From positions 1 to 54,011 of IMG/VR virus record IMGVR_UViG_3300024264_002174: DNA of 54,011 nt; one strand, 5' to 3'. A program made the position numbers and the translations under genes. The first letter of the stretch is position 1; each line of letters starts with the position of its first letter. Below the pieces are notes generated by a model, which did no database searches, was not told where the DNA came from, and saw only the letters and a list, made by a program, of their open reading frames with translations. Below are positions 46,765-54,011 of the stretch, in pieces. This stretch comes from a virus (lineage: Duplodnaviria > Caudoviricetes).

Positions 46765-47622
46765 TTAAAAACTATCTTCAGTTTCAGCTCCGAATTTAAT
46801 AGCAGATTTAGAATAAAATTTCTTTGAATTATAAGCTTGTGCATTAATCGTATCTGTTATAATATGTCCTAAGAGGTTAATATTGAATTCTGTTTTATTA
46901 ATTCTTTCATTTCCTTGTACAACCTCGGTAACAGTAGTATAACTATCTATCATTGCTCTGAATCTAAACTTAGATGGGTTACCCCAGTAGGAATCAGAAG
47001 CAAAATTAATACCTTCTATTATTTTATTATTTTGTTCTAAGTAGTCTGTAAATATAATACAAGAGTATACTATGTTTACATAGTCAGGTATTACAACAGC
47101 ATAGTATTCCTTTTCAGGAACTCTGTTATTTAGTACAGAAAACTTATCATATACGTTTTGTTTAGAAAAAGTCTTAGTAAAGATCCCAAAATTATGAGGA
47201 TTATTAGCATCTAACTTGTTTCCTAACTGTCTATTCTTTTCTAATGAGTCTCTCCTAAACATTATTATAGGAGCTTGCATTTTTCCGTTCTTATCTCTGT
47301 AATATCCATCTTTTTGAACTGCTGACCAGCGTTCAGGTGAACCGTACACAAGAGGCACGTTAAGTTTTTTACCATTTTGAGTAACTTGAGGTCTTAATAC
47401 ATCATTAAAATAGTAAAAGATAGCTTCATCTATATCTTTTATACCTACTTTGAAGTTTTGAACCTCATCATTATCTCTTCTTATCTGGTTTTCTCTGTTT
47501 TTATCAGTATTAAGTGAGGCTTTAGAGTTTATTTCAGCACCAGATTCAGGATTTTTATACGTAGATATTGAATCCTGTGATAGTTGTTCTTGTGACTTAG
47601 GTATATTAGGTTTCTGTGCCAT
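46765..47622 (-). CDS. Tail terminator / sheath stabiliser (T4 gp15-like)
   Basis: VPLVYGSPERW and P.YV.I.Y...I.T......N.IIE; follows the neck genes. Confidence 0.7.
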   Translation of the reverse strand: MAQKPNIPKSQEQLSQDSISTYKNPESGAEINSKASLNTDKNRENQIRRDNDEVQNFKVGIKDIDEAIFYYFNDVLRPQVTQNGKKLNVPLVYGSPERWSAVQKDGYYRDKNGKMQAPIIMFRRDSLEKNRQLGNKLDANNPHNFGIFTKTFSKQNVYDKFSVLNNRVPEKEYYAVVIPDYVNIVYSCIIFTDYLEQNNKIIEGINFASDSYWGNPSKFRFRAMIDSYTTVTEVVQGNERINKTEFNINLLGHIITDTINAQAYNSKKFYSKSAIKFGAETEDSF

Positions 47623-47623
47623 A

Positions 47624-48109
47624 TTATCTTACTTCTGCTATGCCAACTCTGTCGGCTCTTGTTAAATGACAGTCTACTATTATAGATATAGAAGAACCAA
47701 ATCCAGATGTGCTTGAATTAAGGTTATAACTACTGTCTCTGCCTAAGAATAACTGGTTCTCTCTTACTGTATCAACTTCATAGTAGTCTTCATGCCAAGA
47801 TATGATATCTCCTACCTCTGGTACTACATTTACGTCTGATAGGTCAGGTCTTAAGAATGCAAATGATGCTTCTCTACCTAAATCAGGTCCGAACTCTTGT
47901 ATATCTATAACTTGATCACCTCTAGTTATTAAACAATTGAGCTTTACAGCTGTATTATATGTTTTTTCTAGTGATTCACCGTAGATATTTACATTTATTT
48001 CATCTAATGCTATCTTATAGTACAATATCTCTTGTTCTACTATATCTTTTAGTAGTTCTCTATTAATACTTACCAGTAAATCAAAGTCTCTGTTGGATCC
48101 AAATAGCAT
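47624..48109 (-). CDS. Neck / head closure protein (T4 gp14-like)
   Basis: N.YGE and PEVGDII.W...YYEV motifs. Confidence 0.7.
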   Translation of the reverse strand: MLFGSNRDFDLLVSINRELLKDIVEQEILYYKIALDEINVNIYGESLEKTYNTAVKLNCLITRGDQVIDIQEFGPDLGREASFAFLRPDLSDVNVVPEVGDIISWHEDYYEVDTVRENQLFLGRDSSYNLNSSTSGFGSSISIIVDCHLTRADRVGIAEVR

Positions 48110-48110
48110 A

Positions 48111-48431
48111 TTAGTATTCTCCTGGTGTTTTCATTCGTTCTACTGATTTACCAGCTACTTTAAACGAACTTACCTCTTGATACCTACTCATCGCATTTTG
48201 TTTTAATGATTCAAATGCTTCAGATGGTGGTTTCTGAGTGATTATTTTTACTTTAAATATGTATCTATTGCTTGAATCATCTGAATTAGCAATAGTACAT
48301 GTGGTTACACCGGGTAACGCTCTAATTAGGTCAGCTAGTACTGATGGACTAGTATCATTACTAATTACCTGCACCATTGCTCTAAAAGGCGTATAAGTTG
48401 CCTCTCCTAGTATAATCTTATGTAACTTCAT
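48111..48431 (-). CDS. Hypothetical protein (small alpha/beta domain)
   Basis: IRALPGVT motif; N-terminus MKL..IL.E. Confidence 0.6.
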   Translation of the reverse strand: MKLHKIILGEATYTPFRAMVQVISNDTSPSVLADLIRALPGVTTCTIANSDDSSNRYIFKVKIITQKPPSEAFESLKQNAMSRYQEVSSFKVAGKSVERMKTPGEY

Positions 48432-49573
48432 TATCCTATATATATTGTATAAGGAACATCACTTAATGTTTTCCTTAAATTTTCACCTTCACTAGCTTTT
48501 CTCTCTAATTGAGCTTGTCTAGACGTCTGTTCCAACATTTCTTTTAGTTCTGTTAATAAAGATTCTTTTTCTGCTCTAGAATCGGTAAGTAAATCAGCTT
48601 GATTCAGTGTTGCTTCACTTCCAGGCACTGGAACTGTTTGGTATTTACCTCTAATATATGCTAGTAGTTCTTTTGCTAGTGCTAATGTATATCTAAAGAT
48701 CCACTGTCTACCAACACTATTGATTTGAGAATAAACTGGGTTATTATACGGTACTTCTCCTACGTTAGTTATAAGATTGGTATCGGTTGTATGTGTTGCA
48801 GAGCGTTTATCGTTAATTTTGTAGTATTCGAACCTTACTTTAGTAGCTCTTTTAGGCACTGGGAATAATTTCAGTCTATTATTAACTAATTCAAAGGAAT
48901 AAGCAGATCTTCTTATTTGATCATTAAATTCAATTGCCTGTACCTTTAGTATGTCATAAGAAGCAGGCATTAATAAGAAATTTACACCAGGACTATATGA
49001 TCCAAAGTCAAAAGCGTCCATTAAAGACTGTACTCCTGTACCTGTACCTGCATAAGGGTCAAAATACCTTAATATTGCTGGTGGTGCTTCGTAAAATATC
49101 TTTCTTACCTCTATACTACCGGTAATACCTTCATCTAAAGCCCATTGGTCCATATCGTACTCTTGAACATTCTTCGTAGTATTAAGTGAACCAGTATATC
49201 TTGTAGTATATCCTCCTACTTCAGCTTCTGTACCATAGTTCTTACTAATTTCAACTACTCTCTGTAAAGAAGAGTCTATTAATTTATTATTAAAGCTACT
49301 TCCTGTACTAATACCTTCTACACTTAAGTAGTTTTCACGTATTTTGTATTGAAAGACTTCGTTTCCGTAAGTAGTAACAGCTTCTTCGAAACATGCAAAG
49401 AAAGATCCGTCTTGTAACTCTACATCCATTAAAGGAAATCCTAGGCGAGTACCACAAAATTTAGCTACCTTTTCAGCATCTGCTTGGAAAGAAGTATCCG
49501 TATCATAAAATCCGAAAGGTGTAGAGCCAGTTGTAAAAGTTGCACTACCGTCCCATATAGTAACATTAGCCAT
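48431..49573 (-). CDS. Neck / head-tail adaptor (T4 gp13-like)
   Basis: RLGFP.MDVEL, W..RY.LA..KE.L..IRGKY..VP.PG...LN and a terminal IYIG. Confidence 0.82.
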   Translation of the reverse strand: MANVTIWDGSATFTTGSTPFGFYDTDTSFQADAEKVAKFCGTRLGFPLMDVELQDGSFFACFEEAVTTYGNEVFQYKIRENYLSVEGISTGSSFNNKLIDSSLQRVVEISKNYGTEAEVGGYTTRYTGSLNTTKNVQEYDMDQWALDEGITGSIEVRKIFYEAPPAILRYFDPYAGTGTGVQSLMDAFDFGSYSPGVNFLLMPASYDILKVQAIEFNDQIRRSAYSFELVNNRLKLFPVPKRATKVRFEYYKINDKRSATHTTDTNLITNVGEVPYNNPVYSQINSVGRQWIFRYTLALAKELLAYIRGKYQTVPVPGSEATLNQADLLTDSRAEKESLLTELKEMLEQTSRQAQLERKASEGENLRKTLSDVPYTIYIG

Positions 49574-49598
49574 TTATAAGAGTTTTATATAAATAGCC

Positions 49599-49628
49599 AA
49601 AAAAAAAGAGGCCCGAAGGCCTCTCTTT
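49599..49628 (-). terminator. Intrinsic terminator after the major capsid gene
   Basis: AGAGGCC-TTCG-GGCCTCT (cUUCGg tetraloop) followed by a long T run. Confidence 0.92.
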
Positions 49629-49647
49629 ATACATATTCTAAGTAATC

Positions 49648-51237
49648 TTAGATCTGAGATAAGTCTGAGATAAAGATTTTTCCGTAGAATTCTGGTCTGA
49701 TCATCTTCTTAGCGTAACGAGTCATTAAACCTTTACGTGGAGTGAAGGTTTCTGGATCGTATACTAGAGGAGTCATCATTAATGGTACGTAAGGTGCATA
49801 TACAGCTCCTGTTTCTAGGAATTGTGAACCTCTAAATCCTAACAAGATTGTATTTTCAGTCATATAAGGATTCTTATATACTTTAAATCTGTTAGCTAGA
49901 GATCCTACTCTCTGTACGCCCATGTTGAATTCAGCCTGATCTCCGTCAGTAGCAGCTGCATATCCTGGAATAGATTCTAAGATTGTAGCAACAGTTGGAG
50001 AACATACTAGGAAGTTAGCTCCACCTCTTAACGTTTTCTGGTGAATTTTGTTAGATACTTTTTGGATTTTAGTACCAAGAGTTTGGAACCATTGTCCTTG
50101 AGTATTGTAGAAATCAGATGTGTCAGTTGACCAAGCACTTCCGTTCCATACTTTGTTGTTTTCAGCAGACCATCTTTCAGTAGTTCTTGCATCCAAGATC
50201 AACATATCAAGAATCTCTAGATCGATTTCCATTGAAATGTATTCACTTAGTAGTGAAGTCAATTCAGCTTCTGCATCGATTGAGTGATATGCGTTAAGGT
50301 CTTGAGCAAATTCTGGAGTCCATTGTGCTTTTAACTTACGTGTTTTAGCAACAATTGCTTCAGAAGCAAGATTTACGTCAATTTCAGGAATTCTGATTGA
50401 TGTATCTACAGCTCTATCAGAGTTAGCTTCAAAGTCTCCTCTGTCGTTATCTACTGGTTGAGTTTGGTATAATACAGTCGCATTTACTGAAGATACAGTA
50501 AGGTTTGAAGCAGTAACAACGAATGTTACAGCATTTCCGCTTACAGTAGTTAATTCAGGGTGAGATGTAACGTCAACAGAAGCAGATAATACTCTAAATG
50601 CTCTTGCAGCTAGATAATCAGCGTTATCAGATCCTGCGAAAGTAGTTGTTAAAGTTTTGAACTGTCCAGTAGCTAGATCAGCATTGTAGCCGATAGAAGC
50701 TGAAGTAGCTGCACCTGCAGATGTTCCAGCAAAAGCTTTAGACGAAGAATTGATAGTATATCCGAATTGTCCAGCGCCATAAAGACCACCAGATACGTCT
50801 ACATCAACTCCCATTTTAGTTCCAGCTTCAGTTACATTACCGTATAAGTTTCCACCGTCAGCACGTCCTCCTACTCCGTCTCCATATTTGAAGTCTAGGT
50901 AGAATACTAGCCCTGAAGGCAAATTCATTGGTTGTACTGATACAAAGTCTTGCGCTACGATTTGAGCGAATACTTTACGTACTAATGGTAGAGCAACACC
51001 TGCCCACTGCTCGCCATCGCCAGCTGTGAAGGTTCCAGTTGAAGTACCAACGTTGTTGGCTTCAGCTACAATTTGTTTAGCTTGGTTTTCAAGGATCATA
51101 GCCATGTTACTAGCTACTCTCTTATCCTCGATACCTTCTAACAAACCAGAAGCTTGCCACTTTTCTGCTAATCTAGCAGAGTCAGCCTGTAGGCTTTTGT
51201 AAGTGTTTGAGCTCTCAAGTAAATTTTTAATTTCCAT
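49648..51237 (-). CDS. Major capsid protein (T4 gp23-like)
   Basis: VSVQPM..PSGLVFYL, AKTRKLKA.WT.E.AQDL.A.H.IDAEAEL, YAPYVPL and TRY motifs. Confidence 0.97.
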   Translation of the reverse strand: MEIKNLLESSNTYKSLQADSARLAEKWQASGLLEGIEDKRVASNMAMILENQAKQIVAEANNVGTSTGTFTAGDGEQWAGVALPLVRKVFAQIVAQDFVSVQPMNLPSGLVFYLDFKYGDGVGGRADGGNLYGNVTEAGTKMGVDVDVSGGLYGAGQFGYTINSSSKAFAGTSAGAATSASIGYNADLATGQFKTLTTTFAGSDNADYLAARAFRVLSASVDVTSHPELTTVSGNAVTFVVTASNLTVSSVNATVLYQTQPVDNDRGDFEANSDRAVDTSIRIPEIDVNLASEAIVAKTRKLKAQWTPEFAQDLNAYHSIDAEAELTSLLSEYISMEIDLEILDMLILDARTTERWSAENNKVWNGSAWSTDTSDFYNTQGQWFQTLGTKIQKVSNKIHQKTLRGGANFLVCSPTVATILESIPGYAAATDGDQAEFNMGVQRVGSLANRFKVYKNPYMTENTILLGFRGSQFLETGAVYAPYVPLMMTPLVYDPETFTPRKGLMTRYAKKMIRPEFYGKIFISDLSQI

Positions 51238-51256
51238 GATAAAATTTAAGTTTAAA

Positions 51257-52369
51257 TTATTTAATTATTCCTGCTAATTTTTGCATTCTACGAACAGCAT
51301 CAGATACTTCACTAATTACTTCAGGTTTTCTAGCTGTAGTTCCTGTAGCTTTAGATGCCATACCTTTATGCTCTTTAATAGTAGTCTCTTTCTTTGTTAC
51401 CATATTTTCACTTACGGTTTCAAATACTAATTTCACTTCTTTTACTGTTTCAGCTTTATCGAAAGCAGCAATAACGTTAACTTTTTGAGACTCATTTAAA
51501 TTATTAGCTTTAAATATTTTGTTAACGTATAAAAGTTTAGAGTTAAGAAGATTAGTTTCATGAAGATCTACTTTAAGCTGCTCGATAGTTTCAAGAGCTT
51601 GCTCTAGTTCTTTATTAGTTACTTCTTTAACTGTTCTGTTGACATTTTTATGTTTGTCTTCTTTTGATTCAGCATCTGCTGGGACTTGAACTGAAGTATC
51701 TTCTTCAATACTTTCGTCTTTCTCGTCTTTATGAGCTTCGTCCACGTCATCGTGATCATCAGCTTCACTAACAGATTCTAATTCTCTTAGAAGTTCATCT
51801 AAGTCAATTTCTTCCTCGTCAGCAGGTTCGTCAACAGGAACTTCAAGTTCTGCTTCGTCTCCCATACCTTCGATATCACCGCCGTCCATATCGTCTGCCG
51901 GTAATTCATCGTCTGCTCCTGCTCCCATTTCGGTAGCAATTACATCTCTGATAAGATCTTTAAACTGATCAACAGTTAAGTCCCCTATTTCGTCGTCACC
52001 TTCTGCTCCTTCAGAGCCTTCAGCGTCTTCGATGTCAGCTTCAGCTTCGTCATCTGATTCTTCAGAGTCATCCTCTACTTCGTCTTCTTCAGCTTCGTCT
52101 TCTGCTTCTCCAATACCTGTAAAGTCTTCCTCTACTGCTTCGTCTTTGTCGTCGTGTCCTTTTGCTTCTTCAACTTCATCTTCATCGACTTCGTTTACTA
52201 CTTCTTCATCTGTGGATTTATCTTCCATCTCTTGAAGTTTAGCAGCTAACATGTCTTTTAGATGAGGAGTTAAAGTCTCTTCTAGGGCTTCTTTAGCGTT
52301 AGCAATAGCGGCTTCTCTTACAGATTTAGCTTCAGCAATAGCTTGCTTGAATAAATCTTTGTTTGCCAT
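51257..52369 (-). CDS. Prohead scaffolding/core protein
   Basis: Very acidic centre and coiled coils; directly upstream of the capsid gene; ends RMQKLAGI. Confidence 0.8.
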   Translation of the reverse strand: MANKDLFKQAIAEAKSVREAAIANAKEALEETLTPHLKDMLAAKLQEMEDKSTDEEVVNEVDEDEVEEAKGHDDKDEAVEEDFTGIGEAEDEAEEDEVEDDSEESDDEAEADIEDAEGSEGAEGDDEIGDLTVDQFKDLIRDVIATEMGAGADDELPADDMDGGDIEGMGDEAELEVPVDEPADEEEIDLDELLRELESVSEADDHDDVDEAHKDEKDESIEEDTSVQVPADAESKEDKHKNVNRTVKEVTNKELEQALETIEQLKVDLHETNLLNSKLLYVNKIFKANNLNESQKVNVIAAFDKAETVKEVKLVFETVSENMVTKKETTIKEHKGMASKATGTTARKPEVISEVSDAVRRMQKLAGIIK

Positions 52370-52477
52370 TATAAAAAATTTGTGTGGTTTCTGTAGTTAT
52401 TAAGAACTACAATAGAAAATTATATTTTTTGATACAGTATAGTGACTGTATATTCTTATATAAATATATACTAAAAT

Positions 52478-52504
52478 AAAAAACCCGACAAAAAGTCGGG
52501 TCTT
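52478..52504 (-). terminator. Intrinsic terminator
   Basis: ACCCGAC-TTTTT-GTCGGGT followed by a T run; nearly identical to the terminator at 19447. Confidence 0.75.
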
Positions 52505-52525
52505 AAGTGTAGCGGTGTGAGATTC

Positions 52526-53179
52526 TTATGAATCTAATATATCTTTTATTTCGTTTTTAAAAGCTGCTTCTTTAGTTAGCTTAGTTTCTTCTACTCCTTC
52601 TTCGTAGCCTCTTCCTTTTTCTCTAGAATTTCTTTTAACTGAAGTAAAGTCTTTGTCAAATCTTTTCCACATCTTACAAAGTTTGTTATCAGGCTTAGCG
52701 TCACAGTAGTCCATTGCTGACATTCCTCCTTTGACTGCTGCAAATAGACCTGCTCCATATGTAGCTGCAATCATTAGAGCTTCAGGGTTTTGTAATAGGT
52801 CTAGAAGATCAGTAGCAGGTGCTTCATTAAGGTCTGCTTCGTCCATGTCTTCTTCCCCTTCACTGTATTCGTTTTTCTTTCTCTTACCGTGAACATGTTC
52901 TTCAATACTCTTAACATCGAGCTCGTTGATAGGAATATTTTTTTGTATTCCACTTTCTTTAAAGTAGACATCGTAATGAGTTACTTCATGCTTTCCTTCG
53001 GCATTTTCTACTAAAGTATGTTGACCTGCGATACATACTCCATATCCGTATGTTTCATGTACTACGTGTGCTGCACAGTCATGTGCAAAGCCTGGTCCGG
53101 CTTCGTCTACGTTTTCTTTTTTAGCTTTTTTACCTTCAGCTATGAAATTTCTTAAATTAAAGTTGCTATATTCGCTCAT
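52526..53179 (-). CDS. Putative internal head protein
   Basis: Between protease and scaffold; several [LIV]-x-E sites; a His/Cys-containing domain and one hydrophobic segment. Confidence 0.55.
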   Translation of the reverse strand: MSEYSNFNLRNFIAEGKKAKKENVDEAGPGFAHDCAAHVVHETYGYGVCIAGQHTLVENAEGKHEVTHYDVYFKESGIQKNIPINELDVKSIEEHVHGKRKKNEYSEGEEDMDEADLNEAPATDLLDLLQNPEALMIAATYGAGLFAAVKGGMSAMDYCDAKPDNKLCKMWKRFDKDFTSVKRNSREKGRGYEEGVEETKLTKEAAFKNEIKDILDS

Positions 53180-53228
53180 GTTAAATTCTTTAATGTTTAT
53201 ATATAAATATGTGTTTTTTTATAAAACG

Positions 53229-53807
53229 TTATGCTCTTAGTATGTCGTTAATAATTAAATCTAAATTTTTATATCTAGATACTTTTTCTGTACCTTCTTG
53301 TAATGATATAGGATTCATATATGCTCCATGTGTTGAAGGATTAGAAACAAAATCCCAACAGACTAATTCAAAATCTGGCTGTACTTCTAATTGTCCTTCG
53401 TTTGTCTGATTTACTGAGCCTGTACCTCTAGATGAAATACCTATTGTGTGGCCTGCTTTAATGATTTCTTTTACAATATTACCTGCTGGGGTGTTTAGTA
53501 GTTCAACCTTACCCATTAGGTCGTTTCCGTCCCACCATAGCTCTTTAACTATATGAGAAGCGTTCTTAAGAGAGACAACAGGAGACTCAGGGTGATCAAG
53601 TTCTCCGAATGCATTACCGTTCTTAACAAATTCATCAGTATACTTCTTTGCTTCTCTCTGTAATATATCTTTTGAGTATACTCTTCCATTTTGATTTTCG
53701 GCTACTGCTCTTTGCATAATACCCTCTACCTCAAATACTCCTGGTCTACTTTTGGATTCTTTGATAGTTGGTCTGAACGGCGTAACGTCTACTAATAATT
53801 GTGCCAT
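53229..53807 (-). CDS. Prohead protease (T4 gp21-like)
   Basis: NQNGRVY, GELDHP, SH, GISSRG.GS and DFVSNPS motifs. Confidence 0.95.
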   Translation of the reverse strand: MAQLLVDVTPFRPTIKESKSRPGVFEVEGIMQRAVAENQNGRVYSKDILQREAKKYTDEFVKNGNAFGELDHPESPVVSLKNASHIVKELWWDGNDLMGKVELLNTPAGNIVKEIIKAGHTIGISSRGTGSVNQTNEGQLEVQPDFELVCWDFVSNPSTHGAYMNPISLQEGTEKVSRYKNLDLIINDILRA

Positions 53808-53810
53808 ATA

Positions 53811-54011
53811 TTAAATGTTAGGTGTAAATACTGTATGTTTAGCATCTCCTATTTCTTCTATGTCGCCTTGCGCTCTTGCTTGTGCTACTAAATTAGGATC
53901 TAACCTTTTAGCTTTAGGTAACTGTAGATCTTGTGTAAAGCCTTTTTTAGTTACAGGACGTAGATCTAGAAGGAAAGCCGATTCTATAGAAGGGCCAATA
54001 AATTGTCCTAT
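53811..54011 (-). CDS. C-terminal part of a hypothetical protein entering from outside the window
   Basis: Open 67-codon frame IGQFIGPSIESAFLLDLRPV...VFTPNI*, ending 3 nt before the protease start. Confidence 0.7.
   Translation of the reverse strand: MGQFIGPSIESAFLLDLRPVTKKGFTQDLQLPKAKRLDPNLVAQARAQGDIEEIGDAKHTVFTPNI

Noticed and set aside
986-53409. Short plus-strand ORFs and nested minus-strand ORFs in the track (e.g. 986..1177, 1925..2251, 22884..23255, 37731..38117, 52032..52235)
   Set aside because: They lie within or opposite well-supported genes and read as shadow-frame translations with no motifs.
1-54011. Stop-codon reassignment, introns, inteins or tRNA genes
   Set aside because: Genes are full length and densely packed under the standard code, with TAA, TAG and TGA all used as stops. 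Conserved proteins show no large inserts, and I saw no cloverleaf in the short intergenic gaps.

Overview
A 54-kb segment of an AT-rich, large myovirus genome with T4-like structural genes. Essentially all real genes are on the minus strand. In transcription order (right to left) it carries: (1) a head module with prohead protease, a putative internal head protein, scaffold and gp23-like major capsid; (2) neck and tail-terminator genes; (3) Ser/Thr/Gly-rich tail-fibre/adhesin genes, one with a peptidase S74 chaperone; (4) a ~14-kb tightly coupled enzyme island with six radical SAM proteins bearing N-terminal SPASM/twitch-like domains, two GT7 glycosyltransferases with inserted LamG domains, a free LamG protein, two further GT-A-like proteins and a methyltransferase; (5) tail sheath, tube, a tail-assembly chaperone with an unannotated +1-frame extension, tape measure and baseplate genes; (6) a replication module with a compact, non-canonical family A polymerase, gp32-like SSB, UvsX/RecA, a 2OG-Fe(II) oxygenase, a 5'-3' exonuclease, two cytidylyltransferases, a DnaB-like helicase, nrdB and the start of nrdA. 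TTG-N19-20-TATATT promoter-like elements suggest a Bacteroidota host (inference). The most notable signals are the radical SAM/glycosyltransferase island inside the virion module (candidate virion glycan or protein modification system), a probable programmed +1 (or -2) frameshift, a recurrent upstream motif that is the reverse complement of the T4 late promoter, a candidate three-way-junction leader RNA, and a PolA with a substituted steric gate. All family assignments come from motif recognition by eye; no database searches were run.
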